A stretch of 63,989 nt of DNA, filler included, from Dimargaris cristalligena (taxonomy: Eukaryota), in NCBI GenBank assembly GCA_003614675.1. It is 5 parts of 5 records of this genome, joined end to end, with 100 filler letters (N's around TTAATTAATTAA, not from the genome) between each part and the next. Parts side by side here need not be neighbours in the genome. Positions count along the whole stretch, not along the records: positions 13,422 to 26,730 come from ML002996.1; positions 26,831 to 40,121 come from ML002997.1; 3 more parts are not named here. One strand, written 5' to 3'. The position numbers and the translations under genes were made by a program. Positions 24,210-37,626 of the stretch are shown piece by piece. The stretch's first letter is position 1. Every line of letters starts with the position of its first letter. Below the pieces are notes generated by a model. It ran no database searches. It worked only from the letters and a program-made list of their open reading frames with translations, and was not told where the DNA came from.

Positions 24210-26730
24210 CGAAGGTGCAAATAGAACCCAATTAAATATAGAAATACCGAATAGGTTAGGGCCAGAGAGGGTTAACAATAAAAAGGCGGAGCTCGAAGAT
24301 ATCACTCAGCAGAGGAGATGGATATCAACGCAAGATAAGGTGAGGGAGAGATACACCAGTATAACTTAGGGCAGCCAAGTTAGCATATGACAAATCGTGA
24401 GAAGAGGAGAGGAGAGGAGTGGAGAATAGGGAGGAGGGTTGCTTTCAGGGCAGCAAAAGTTCCAACTTACGGGTAGGGGATCAGTGTGATATTTATAAGT
24501 TGGACATAGGCCACGGTATGAGTGAGTGATTGTCCCAGAGGGAACGGTCAGGGCGATCCTCCCCCGTCTTTTTTTATTGTATTATTTATGTATGCTAAGC
24601 ATTCGTTTCTTTTTTTAAATGGACCGAATGGGGTTGCCAGGGGCAGCTGTGCGACCAAACTAGGCGGAGGCATTAACCTCCCCCATTCCACGGACTGTGA
24701 AGAATAGCCGCCAATGTAACCCAGTTCGTGGGAGCAGGCTTGAGGCACACTGACAGCCAAGCGAGGCCAGCATGGAAGGGTGGGACAGGTCAGTTATGAT
24801 CCACGTGTATGCGCGAAGTACACTGGGGTGTTCAGTCGCTGTGGAAGCGCAGGCCAATGCAACCATAGTAGAGGATATGGAGGGTGATTGAACAGGCTCG
24901 GGGTTAATTGCCGGCCAAGGTGAGCAAATAGTATAAATAGCACGGGAGTGTTAGAGCCGTGTGACCTGCCCAACGGATACTGTGGAATAATAATAGTTGA
25001 CTATGACTCCTCGACGGCGGTGGGCTGGTTTGGCCCGATTCTTTATCGATGGGTGTGTATCCGAATTACAAAGAAACTGTGGCTGGCTCGCATAGTGGGG
25101 CGGCCCACACAACCTGGCCGACATAGGCCCAGCTCGCTATATAGAGCAGGCATAGAATATATTGTACAACTGACTCGGATCATAGCCCAACGGTCCGAGC
25201 TAAAACAAGACAATTCTAGTCAAAGGTTGAAGATGGAGAGGGGGGAAATGGGTGTACTTGTTGAACAACCCGTTCCCCAGCATATGCTATACAGCTCCGG
25301 CTTGCTTCGAGAGTATGCGCGTCAAGCGGGCAAATGACGCATACATTCAAGGAATTAGTCATTCCAATGGGATTGTCATGGTACACCCCCCCCGTAACCA
25401 GATGGTGACTGGGGACTGGTCGGGCCTGTCAAACCGTAGTCCACTTTTGAAGTGAATCCCGGGCCCTCTGATAGAAGAGCCGGAAAGCGACGAAAGGGAG
25501 AGGGGGCAATAGTTCGTCCCTCCCCTTTCCCCCAGTCCTGTAGCATAACAGTCAGACCACCCATTCCATTGATTAACCTACCGAAGGAGCTCGGCTGGTG
25601 GCTGCGACTATATTGCTGGGCCCAATAGTGGTGTCCCTTGTCGATCGTTAGTCGGAGCGTATGACTGCATTGTGATCCTAGACTTGGGCAATCATCCGAA
25701 TATGAGCTCTGGGACAATGCAGGGCTGGTGTATGGATATAGCCATAAAAATGGTGTGGATTAGGGGGGAGAGTCAAAGGAACAAATGAAGCGGAATTAGA
25801 GTTTGAATGCGATTGACTAAGCGACGATGGGGGTTTATACTATGGTCGGATCAACCCCTCTCTGTGGAGGAAGAGAGAGAACCCTTTCGGCTACTAACTA
25901 TTCCACGATCAGGCAATCTAGCGCATAGATAGTCTATGGGGCAAAGAAGGCTAGTCTCGTCGACAACGGGGCAGGGCGTTGGGGAAAGATAGATACGGAG
26001 AGTTTGCGCGGGCTAAGTAAGTCGAATTAAAGACACGGGGAATCGAAGTGCGACCAAGGTATATCCAATTATATCCGCATGATCCAAAGAGTGGACCGCC
26101 TCCACTGCATATAGGGTGAGGGTCAGTAGTGGATTGAGTGGGGGAAAATAGAGAGGGAGGGAGAGAGAGAGAGAGGGAGAAGGGGAAGAATGGCCGTGAC
26201 TTTGTGCATTGGTGTAACGCATAAACATAACAGCATTTAGACAGGAAGCACAGGGAAAGAGACCCAGTCGGCGGGAGCTGTGCATCGGCTTGGCATAGTG
26301 AGAAGAAGCTCCCTTTTTCTGGGACTTGTGCTTCCACGCCAGTGTGCGCCCACCGATTGGTAGATGGCTGATTTCACGGCCGAAGGGGGGGAGGGTGGAG
26401 GTGGGTTGCACCTGTTATCAGAGAATGGGGCCTGCTGTATCCGACTGGGCGACTACTTCGTACCCAGAGAGCGCATATATACACAACTGGGCCTACAACC
26501 ACCACTAGAGGAGAGGCCGCCCCTAGTCCACTGCGGGGCGGGTCGGTTAGTATGGGTGGGTATACCAACAAGTGGTGTGTGTGTATAGAGTGTGTTCAGC
26601 ACCGGGCGGGCCACGAGAAGTATTCCGCAACGGGCGTTGGAATGGGGTCATCATCACTCTGGCAGCCGGGATGAACCACCGTACCGTGGATTATATATGC
26701 GCATTCATCCTGACATGGTGGGAGAGTGGC

Positions 26731-26830
26731 NNNNNNNNNNNNNNNNNNNNNNNNNNNNNNNNNNNNNNNNNNNNTTAATTAATTAANNNNNNNNNNNNNN
26801 NNNNNNNNNNNNNNNNNNNNNNNNNNNNNN
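26731..26830. other. Artificial contig-joining spacer
   Basis: N44-TTAATTAATTAA-N44. Confidence 0.98.
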
Positions 26831-27353
26831 GATAGTAGGGTTTCAAACCGGGGCGAATGGACGCCAGATCCAGCGGGGATGGGTTGGATTCCGTGGCTGA
26901 TAGCCAAGCCCACTGACTCCGGTCGGTGTACACCAAACAGGGAATCGTCAGACCCGAGAGCAGTCGCCAGTGACTGACCCGAATATCCAGGAAAGCGATT
27001 TGTCGGGCCACCGGCCACTGGCTGTGCTGGTCAGGCGCATCCGCGAGGGGGTAGATCAAGACCGTGGTGGTGCCTAACGCTTCGCAGGGCTTATTAGCCC
27101 CGCGCCCAGGATCGGTATGGTCGCTACCATGGTCCGGGGTCTCCCGCCGGTATGCGGCGTCCAGGGCCAAGCGAAGTAGAAATATCCGCCGGTCGGCGGC
27201 CTGAAGAAGGCCGCTTCGACTCAGAATCAGTCCCGTGACTAATGTGCGTGTCGGTGTCTCTCTTGGGGTGGGGACCGTGGGTGGAGGGGCATCGTCGTGG
27301 GGGGTCGCTTGGAGAAAGGTGTCGAGTAGGCCATCGAGGGTTGCCTTGGCCAA
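26831..27353 (-). CDS. Hypothetical protein, partial (3'-truncated by contig edge; start unresolved)
   Basis: GC-rich open frame of ~175 codons with globular-looking composition running into the spacer; no in-frame ATG at the 5' end; no family recognised. Confidence 0.45.
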
Positions 27354-28059
27354 GGGATTCCGAGGACAATGCAGCGAAACGACACTGAGTCGACTTCGGC
27401 CCAGTAAAGCTTAGAAGACCAACAGGAATTAGGGATTGAAACAGGGGGCAATAAATAACCCAACTCCGAAAAGTCGAGGAAGGAACAAGTCGAACCAAAA
27501 CGAATGTGTAGCATGCCCATTTCCCTGTTTTTCATTTTGACCATTTTCAGGCCCAATGGTCAAGTGGGATATACTGCGGTATTTCTCCATGATTCACCCA
27601 TATATTGGACTGCCCTAGTCCAAAAAAAATGGAAACGAGGGCACTGTATGCCAATTTAGGGGGGCTTTATGGTTTCATGGCTTGTTGGTGCTTCAGGTTC
27701 CCTGGGGAGTTTCCATTTGATATTTTAATCATACATCGGTACACTTGGCCGATTTATCAAAAACCGTTTTCCTAACTGGCTTTAGTTTTAATGTCGCTTC
27801 ACCACATACGGCAGCGAATCAGCAGCATCTCTACCTTTAGTGCAATCTTAGGGCCATCATACTGATTGCAGTGATATTTTAATGGCCAGGCGGCATATTT
27901 TTATTCGGCCGATATAGACAAAACCTAGAAAGCACTAAAATGATTTAACAAATAACTAAATGAAATACGGGTGGTGGTCACCCCTATTGAATACACAGCA
28001 AGATCACATCACTATCCACAATCACACACGGGGGAATCCCGTGTTACTTGCATCCGAAA

Positions 28060-31000
28060 TTAAGCAATGATACGCACAATCAAGTCGCCAGCCGACAGAG
28101 AGTCGCCCTCTTTGGTAGCTAGGCTCTCAATATGGCCCGACACAGGTGCCGAAACCACGGTCTCCATTTTCATGGCACTCAGGATGCACAGCGGATCTCC
28201 TTCCTTGACCTCAGCCCCCTCCTTGACACGCATCTCAACCACGACACCGGCCATGGGAGCGCCGATGTCGCCGGGACGGGATGTGTCAGCCTTGGGGCGG
28301 ATGGCGTGGGCTGTGCTGGTACTCTTGTCCTCGATGGACATGACCCGGACCTCGCCGTTGAGTTCGAAATACACGTCACGGCGACCACTGGCCGGGTTCA
28401 AGGGCCCACAGGCCACATACTTGATGATCAGCAGCTTGCCCTGCTGGATCTCAATGTGGCACTCCTCGTTAATGTTGAGGGGAGCCAGGAAGAAATGGGT
28501 GGGGAGGACAGACAAATCACCGTACTTCTCCACCATTGCGCGGTACTCATCGAATACCTTGGGGTAGAGGGCGGCACTGCTGAGCTCAACCGGGCGCATG
28601 GATCTTCCGTACTTCTTGGTCAAGTCGGTCTGCAGCTGACCAAAGTCAAAGGGAGCGAGACTGGCCCCGGGGCGGCCGTCAATGCGCGGCAAGTCCTTGA
28701 TGATATTGCTGCGCAGGGGCTCCGGGAACCCACCGTAGGGCTGACCCAAGTAGCCCTGGAAATATTCGACCACCGAAGTGGGGAAGGACAACGATCTGGC
28801 GTTGGCCAGAACGTCCTTCTCGTTGAGTTTGTTCGAGACCAGGAATTGGGCGAAATCACCAACGACCTTAGACGACGGAGTCACCTTGACAATATCGCCG
28901 CACAGCTTATTGGCCTCAATGTAGGCCTCCCGGACCTGCTTCCACTGGGAGCCCAAGCCCAATGACTGGGCCTGGAACATAAGGTTGGTGTATTGACCTC
29001 CGGGCATCTCGTGTTCGTAGACACCGGCGTCACTGCTCCGCACACCCGGGTCGAAGCAGCTGTAGAGCAGGCGGATCTGTTCCCAGTAGTCGTTGATGGA
29101 CATAATGTCCTTGAAGGAGATACCCGTGTCGTAAGAAGTACCCTGAAGAGCAGACACCAACGCACCCATAGAAGGCTGAGAAGTAATACCAGACATGGAA
29201 TCAATGGCCGCGTCCACAATATCCGCGCCGGCTTCGGCACAGGCCAGCATGCTGGCTACACCAGTACCGGCCGTATCGTGGGTGTGGACGTGAATGGGCA
29301 GATCAGGGAAGCGCTCCCGGATGGCCCCAATCAGCATGCGGGCCGCCTTGGGTTTCAGCAGACCCGCCATATCCTTGATACCCAAAATATGGATCCCGTA
29401 GTCGACTAGCTGAGCGACCAGATCCAGATAGTACTGCAGGGTGTGCTTAGTACGAGAGGAGTCCGAGACGTCACCCGTATAACACACGGTACCTTCGACG
29501 ATACCGCCCGCGGCCCGGACAGCGTCGATACCGAGCTTCAGGTTCTCGAAGTAGTTGAGACTGTCGAAGACGCGGAATACATCAATACCGTGTTTCCGGG
29601 CCTTCTCACAGAAGTCGTAAATGACATTATCGGGATAAGAGGTATAGCCCACGGCGTTGGCACCGCGCAGCAGCATCTGGAACGGGATGTGGGGAACGAG
29701 GGCCCGCAGCTTATCCAGCCGAGCCCAGGGGTCCTCGTACAGAAAACGCATGGCTACATCGAACGTAGCCCCGCCCCACATTTCTAAACTGAAGGCGTTG
29801 TGCAAGGCGTGACCCGTGGTGCGGGCAATATTGAGCATATCGATGGTCCGCAGGCGGGTGGCCAGCAGAGACTGGTGGGCATCACGCCAGGTGGTATCCA
29901 TGATCAGTAGACCGGGGTGCTTCCGAATGGCCTGAGCGAATGCCTCGGGACCCTGGTCCAAGAAGATTTGACGCCAACCCTTCGGGTAATCGGTCGTGAC
30001 TTTGAGGGGCCCGTCGGGGCGCTCCAGTTGGGGGATTTCGACGTGCATCAAATGCTTGGGTTCGCCAACCTGTCCCTTGACGCTGCTGCCGTTCACGATC
30101 ATGTCGCCAAGGTAGGCCAGAATCTTATGGGCGCGGTTCTGGCTCTTCATAATATCGAACAACTCAGGAGTGTCATCGATGAAAGTGGTCCAGCATTTTC
30201 CCGAGCGGAAGGTAGGGTGGGTAAGCACGTTCTGCAGGAAGGCGATATTAGTCTTAACACCGCGGATACGGAACTCCACCAGGGCACTCAGCATGCGGCG
30301 CCGAGCCTTCTCGTAGGTATCACCATAGCAGGTCACTTTGACCAACAGCGAGTCGTAGTGGGGGGTGATGATGGAGCCGGCGAAACCCGACCCACCGTCC
30401 AGGCGGACTCCGTTGCCACCCGCCGAACGGTAAACCTCAATACGGCCCGTGTCGGGTTGGAAGTTCTGGGCGGGGTCCTCAGTGGTAATACGGCACTGAA
30501 TGGCACAGCCGCGGGTCTCGATTGCGTCCTGGGAGATTTCCAGGTCCTTGAAGGTCAGACCAGCCGCAATTTGCATTTGCATGGAAACGATATCCAGGCC
30601 CGTCACCTCTTCGGTCACGGTATGCTCCACTTGAATACGGGGATTGATTTCAATGAAGTAGTGGCGGCCCTCCTGGTCCACTAGAAACTCGGCCGTACCA
30701 GCATTGCGGTAGCCCACATGTTCGGCCAGTTTGATAGCGTCGGCCAGCATAGCCTGGCGGACGGATTCTTCCAAATCAATGGAAGGCGCAATCTCGACAA
30801 CCTTCTGGTGGCGACGCTGCACTGAGCAGTCACGGTCGAAGAGATGGAGGACCTTACCCTCGCTATCGGCCAGCAGTTGGACCTCAATGTGCTTGGGCTT
30901 GTGCAGGAAACGCTCCACGAACACCGTGCCGTCCCCAAAGGCGGCCAGGGCTTCACTCTTGGCCCGGGAAAAGGCATCGGCTAGCTCGGAGTTCTTCCAT

Positions 31001-32224
31001 ACTACACGCATACCACGTCCGCCACCACCCATGGCGGCCTTGATGATGATGGGGAAGCCGTGTTCCTGGACGAAAGTCTCAATCTCTTCCTTGGTGGTGA
31101 TCGGACCGGGGGTACCGGGTACGACGGGCACTTTGCAGGCAATGGCAATGGTCCGGGCGGCGGTTTTATCACCCAACCGATCGATGACGTCGGCGCTGGG
31201 ACCCACGAATGCGATTCCGGCCGCCTCAACCTTACGGGCAAAGTCAGCGTTCTCACTCAGAAAGCCGTAGCCAGGGTGGATCATGGATACGTGGTGTTCC
31301 TTAGCAATGGCAATAATGGCATCTTGGGCTAGGTAGGCCCCCACTGGAGTGAACTCGCCATGCTCTCCAATTTGGTAGGACTCGTCCGCCTATGGGGGTA
31401 AAGTGGGTCGATCATCCCATTAATAATATACGATTAGATAGATAAGGAAATAATGGTGAGAATTGGTCAGGCTAAATGGGTTATATTACTTGGGGAGGCA
31501 AGCGAGGTGGTGATAGGTGCAGCATCTGATCTCAACCATAAGAAGCTAATATATTCCTAATTTGCAGTGACCAATTAAAGGCATGCAAGGCTAGTCGTGG
31601 CCCCCTGGGGGGACTCGGCGAGAGGGCCTAGAGTAATTAGGTGGCTAGACGCTAAATTACCTTGTAGCGGTGCATGTTGAATCGGTCCTCATAGCTGAAA
31701 ATACCGACGGTTTGCAGACCCAATTCATGAGCCGCCCGGATCAGCCGAATGGCGATTTCCTAAGAGGTTAAAGGGATGATTAAGGTGGGGGTAGGGGGAA
31801 TGGTTAGATATGGCATCAACATCAGCGCTAATGTACGGAAAGTTGGCCCTCCTATCTAGGAAAGTGGTGGGGGCCGTAATCCTGAGGAGAGCCGACGCCT
31901 TTGCATGAGGATCGGCGGCTTGAATCAAAGGCTGATTAGAGTAATGATAGGCAGACCATGGGCCTGATAGTCTGATAACCCCCCTCCCGTTCCTTCGCAT
32001 CCGCTCTGTGAAACGTAGTTTAGAAGGACGGGTAAAGGGAAGTGGTATGGAAAAGCCAGGCCGACAGTACTTACCCCGCGATTGGCGATGAGAACTTTCT
32101 TATGCGGCCCCAAGTTGAGGGAGTTGGTCTTGCGCAAGTACTCCAGTGAATGGAAAGTGGGACTGGGGTTCTGTGCCTGGGGCATGGTCGAAGGGCGGGA
32201 GTTGGCCTGGTGGCTGGTACCCAT
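28060..32224 (-). CDS. PYC1: Pyruvate carboxylase (3 coding exons)
   Basis: Exons 32224-32075, 31759-31661, 31389-28060 with GT-AG introns. Spliced KVLIANRG|EIAIR...MHRYK|ADESY; biotin carboxylase (HPGYGFLSEN, GGGGRGMR), CT domain (RDAHQS, HVHTHD), biotin site AMKM. Alternative start at 32185 possible. Confidence 0.97.
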
Positions 32225-35068
32225 GGTGGACGGCAAATAGGGCGTATATAACAGGGGATATTCACCCGTTATAGGTTGGTTCAAGCAGGAAGGAGTTTAA
32301 TAAGTTAGCAAGGAAGGGGTTTTTAGGACTAGTATATATGCGCATACCGAAACTATAAAAATATAAAAAGGGAATGCCTCGAATGGGGTATACACGGGGG
32401 GGGGTCTATGAAAAAGTGGGGTAGGGCTTTTGTTTGGTGGAATAGACAGGGCTCAGAACTGGGCTGGTGTGTAGCCGCCAGACAAGAGTAGCCACCGCTA
32501 TAGATAGTTAATGGAGAGGTAGGTGAAACATGAGTCAAACAGCACTTACCTCGGCCGTATGAAGGGGTATAAAAGGGGGCTAAGGTGAATATAATTGAAA
32601 CTGGGTGAAACCGACACCAAAAGGGAGATATAGAGTCGCGGCGTAATAAGCCAAGGATCGCAGTGTCGAAGAGCTGGGACGAAAGAATGGGGAGAAGGGT
32701 ATCGAGAAAGTAGCGGAGATGGAAGCAGTCATGCGACGGTAACGGAGGCGGCGTGTACGAGTATTTATAGTCAACGGTAACTCTAAACTAAACCGGCGGG
32801 AATGCAGCATGCAGGGAGTTGCGTCAATTCGTGAGAGAGGGGCGCATACATGACGCGGGTCAGTAAAAATGTCCCTCCCCCACTTCTCCTTTACCCAGTA
32901 GGACCCCCGCCCCTACACGGAGGGCCAATCAGTGCACACATCCTCCTCCAGTCGCGATAAGGCACGCCGGAATTGTGGGGAGAGGAGATGCTGATGATGA
33001 TGATGGTGGTGGTGGTGGTGGGTATATGCGTATGGTTGAGCTTATCGGCATGGCTATCGCTTATCCGACCCAACCGTGGGGTCCATAGGGCAGCGGCTAT
33101 CAACAGCTCCCACCGGCAACCGCCTACCCTTCCCTACATTGCACCACGAACCGAGCCGGCCGACGGATCCGCCCTCCTCCCCGCTGGGTGTGCTCAGGTG
33201 ACGCCGATGTGCGGACTGAGTCACACTTATTCGGAATACGCGGGTCCATCGCCCTATATTCTACAGCCCCTCTAATAATTGAGGATCGCCTCCAACGACA
33301 GCAGTCCTACCATCCTGCCAGGGCTCGGTAATCACGTTCACCAGCCGTCACAGTGTACTGGCATATAGCTGGACGAAGGGAGAGATAATGGGGTGGGGGA
33401 AGAGAACAGTCAATGTATGCCGCCTTCGGTCACGAGCCCGTAGTTCCCCTACGATTTGAGCCGTCGTTTCAAATGCCGGGTAGGAAAAGAGGGGGGGTTC
33501 TTTCTTCCGATTATTATTTTATTATTCAGTAGCTTTTCCCATTGAGGTGACTCCAGCCGCGGAACAAGCCGTTGTGACTGGCTCGCCGGGGGGCGAATAC
33601 AGTGAAGTCGATACATTTGCATTCCGCGGTTACCCAATCGGGCCTCGGCAGTTGGTTGTGTGAGTGTGCTCGTTTTCCTTTTTTTATATGTATATTTTAT
33701 TTTCGTCAAGTGGCAAAGAGGGACTGCTCTTCATTAAAAATAGACTTTGACTAAGCTGAAACAAGTCCGTTAGCCGTGATTTGAGTGGGAATCCTTGGGT
33801 TATAGATAAGGTGGCACACTAGTTGGAAATAGGCCCATCCGATAATTCTTCACCTTTTTAGTGGGGCGTGTGTCTATCTACCGTAATGGTACCCAGCAAT
33901 TTATTTGCAGTACACACGGGCTTCTTTCACTTCGGGCTGTGAGAGTCCAGAGTGCGTACGTACTCCTGGCCAATGAAGCCCGTGTCTCCACGGGCCGATA
34001 ATACTTAAGTGATGATGGATGATGACTCTTCGGCATCTCTCTTACCCACACACGTGTCCGTGGTTTACACCAATCAGCCGCACCCGGCGATATCCAGACC
34101 AAGAGATGTTCAATGGGATATATGCGCATACAACCGGGCCCTGGGATAATTCTACGGCCAGGGTGAATTCCAATGAATTACCTCTTGGCTACCTGGGCCC
34201 ATCACCACCTCACGGCCCAGGCCCACGACTACCCATGTCGGTGGCACATGACCCCGATTCGCCCCCTCCTCCCGACTAAAGAATATATAAAGAACGCCCT
34301 GGTGTTTCCGAAAATGCTGTGGCGAGTGTGGGGGTGCCAAAGATAAGGTAAGTAAAATAGAGAGTGGCCCCTTTCCCAATTTTCTATCCGAACCAATTAG
34401 GCGTCAGTTCATTAAGGATTAAATGGTACAGCAGCTCTCGGCCACAGAGGTGGAGAGATAGATGGGGTCACACAAACCCTCTCTCTCACTTCACCCTCGC
34501 TTATTTGGTCTCAGCAACTAAAACTATCCGACCATTCAGTAGCCGGTCATTTGTACCTGTCCAATAGGGAGCATTCGTAAAAATAAAGTAGATTAGTAAT
34601 AATTGCCTTTGGCAATGGAGTTTAACGCTCCTCAGCCGGTATGTAAAGAAGGGAGAAGGAGTGTCCTGGTGAGACGAAACCCGACTGGCGACGACTTGAC
34701 CCGACCGTACATACCACTCCAGTCTGGCACTTAAAACAGTTCAGTATGGATCAACAAGACACGGTGGGTGGGCGTAGCCCACATATAGCGGAGGGTGGCT
34801 GGGATACTGCCGCCGTGGGCTGGTGTGGTAGTACCGTTCCCACCCGCTCTTCTGCATCCAGCCACCACGCCCATTCTACTTGTTGCCCTTCCCCACACTT
34901 CTATCCTTATTCGCCAGTTTAGAGCAACCAGCTTTCCTCTGCATTCACAAGACTGGTTGACACTCACTCTCCACCCTCGCCCCACATTCTTGACCTCCAT
35001 CCAGTCTTTTCCCCCGAGTTTCCTTCAGTAGTCCATTTCTCCCTCCTCCTCACCAACTCTCCGTAACC

Positions 35069-36259
35069 ATGACCACGGGCGTATTATTTGTATGCTTAGG
35101 TAAGTCGGTTCCAGTTCACGGACACCTTACAGCGCCATTTCCCCTAGGCCTCACCGGGTTAAAAACCCATTCCTACACATTCACCTACTAAGCCAAGCCA
35201 AATGGTCCTCATTTCAATACACCCTACCCTTCTCGTTCGTACCATTAGGCAATATCTGCCGGTCGCCCATGGCCGAAGCCGTCTTTGCTCACACAGTGGA
35301 CAGTAAGGGCATGTCCGACCAATTTAACATCGACAGTGCCGGGACCGCCGCCTACCATGTAAGCCACTATCATTTGTAAAGTTAATTCTTTGCAAGAAGT
35401 GTAATTCCTGTCTGTGGTCGATGCTGTGTTATATTGGTCACCATGATAGACCATCTATATACCAAATGTAGTTGATGCTAACCAGTCCACATGCTGCACT
35501 TAATCGAACAATCGCCATACCATTGGTTTTATACTAATCGTGATATATATATAATAAATATGAACACATTACCCTGTATTCCCCCATTTGTCTACCAACC
35601 ACTCTTAGACTGGCGAGGTTCCTGACCAGCGATCGACGGATACGTGCGTGAAGCATGGCGTCAAAGTCAAGCATTTGGCCCGCCAGGTACTGCTGATCTG
35701 AATCAATTATTATCGCCTATTGTTAGTAAAATAGTCAAATTGGCCATTAGGAAATATCAGTAGGCAGTTTGGCAGACGTACTAACACCAATCAAATCTTG
35801 CATTATAATTGCCCATTTGGCCATCTTGTTCAATGCCCTTTTACCATATACCCGTGTTTATTATCCACCCTTGGTTGACAATCGACAGGTAACCAAGGCC
35901 GACTTTCACGATTTCGACTACATCCTATGTATGGATCAGTCGAACTTACAGGATCTGACGAAAATGCAGCCGAAAAACAGTAAAGCTCAAGGTAGGGTAA
36001 AAAAATAAAACAATGTCCAGTATAATGAATGACCCTCCCTCAATTATCCATGGTGATGATTTGCTAACTGAAATGTCTTAAACCGCCCCCTCCATCCCAC
36101 TTTGCTTTAGTTCACATGTTCGGCGAGTTTGACCCTCAAGGCGAAAAGATTATCGCCGATCCTTACTACGGCAAGGTGAAGGCGTTTGAACATAATTTTG
36201 CCCAGGTATCCCGGTGCTCGGAGGGGTTTCTTCAGCACTTGGGCCTTGGTAATGCTTAA
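35069..36259 (+). CDS. LTP1: Low-molecular-weight protein-tyrosine phosphatase (5 exons)
   Basis: Exons 35069-35099, 35249-35358, 35609-35686, 35889-35991, 36111-36259. Spliced VLFVCLGNICRSPMAE P-loop, IDSAGT, FDYILCMD, DPYYG. Confidence 0.95.
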
Positions 36260-37626
36260 TGTGGCCCCCGTGAACCATCATCATGTAAAGAAATATAAAC
36301 TACAGGTTTGCCTTTTGTGGCCAATGGCGTGTTTTGAAATAAAGTTTGACATTGGTAGGATCTGAATCGCTAGAATATCATAATGGCGTGGTTTTATTCG
36401 AATGATTACGATGATAGGGGTAAATACACTAACTACTACCTCATCACCCATTTTGTATTATATGGTAAAAATGGTCTGATTTCATACGATTTGGGCAGCT
36501 TATTGAATGGCTGAGTGGATAGCGAGGGATCGGGACCCACAAATTGGACCAATCCCATTTACAGTAGATTGTGTGGCCTAAATAAGAAAAGACTTACCTG
36601 GTTTTGGAAGCAACTATATCAGCCAGCACTACTACTCACCTTGGAGGATATAGTAGATAAATTGGGCTGTTGATAAATGATCTAGACCATGTATTGGAGC
36701 ATCTGGTTAATTCTTCTCCCTCATGGCATCCAGACAATTCGAGGGCGAAATTCGTGCGACAAGCCTGGCTTTGCCTCTATATTCACAGGGCAGCGTGCCC
36801 TTCTGTGGCCTTTGAATACCCTACCAAACCATCTTAATAGTATTAAACGATCGGCGTCTCTTGTTGTTTACGCCCTCGCGGCTGAAGATTGGCTGGCTCG
36901 TGATGGAGAAATGGCCTGTCTCTCTCCCTTGTGGGTATGACAAGCTCAACCAACACTTGGGCGATTGATTATATTTAATAGGAGAGAGGCTGATGGGGCT
37001 AGTTTATTATACCCATCAACTTTCCTGATTTCAACGTAGTAGTCGTAGTAGTAGTATAATGGCATGAATTATTCTAGTCAAGTTAACACAACTGCTAGGC
37101 GCATCAACTGATCCAATCCAGTAGGTATTAAATATGGTGACGAACACTACGTTGACTAAGCCGGCTGGTCAGGAGACAATAAATGGGCTGGCTTTGCACT
37201 AGGACCATTCCCAGCCCTGTATGGCCTATCAGGTACCTGGTCTACTATTTAAATATAACCTCACCTCCTCCTCGTTTATTTTCAACCACCTGTTAGACAC
37301 CGCCCTTCCTCCTACTGTCTTTCACACTACTGGTTTTTAAATCCTCCTTATTTCGTGTTCCCGTGATTTGGGCTAAGCTCCTCACTAATCGATCCCTGCA
37401 GCTTCGCCCTCTCTCCTCTTTCCGTCTCTCTCTCTTTTTAGTAGCTGTTATTCCCTTTCCCTCATTAAATTGGACGTCTAGTGTCAGCTGTGTTTATTAT
37501 ACTGTCAGCAGCACCACATCGTGTGATTATCATACACTATCACATTAATTAAAAATACCCTAATTCATCTATAGTACATTATCTAAATTTCTCCGTTCAC
37601 ATTAATTCGGACTATTTATTCTAACC

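Noticed and set aside
24087..24305. N-terminal extension of the bZIP ORF with a poly-Tyr tract
   Set aside because: Begins at a non-ATG codon, and the poly-Tyr is a translated (TAT/TAC)n microsatellite; most likely 5' UTR
28067..31332. Long antisense ORFs (up to 277 aa) over pyruvate carboxylase, and similar ones over eIF2-gamma and the histidine kinase
   Set aside because: Expected shadow ORFs from strong GC3 codon bias; no independent protein features
34019..34279. 86-aa ATG-initiated ORF between PYC and LMW-PTP
   Set aside because: No recognisable motif or supporting gene signals; length compatible with chance
36590..36645. ACTTACCTGG resembling the U1 snRNA 5' end, or minus-strand splice donors
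   Set aside because: No U1 stem-loops or Sm site follow; the implied introns would be only 20-26 nt
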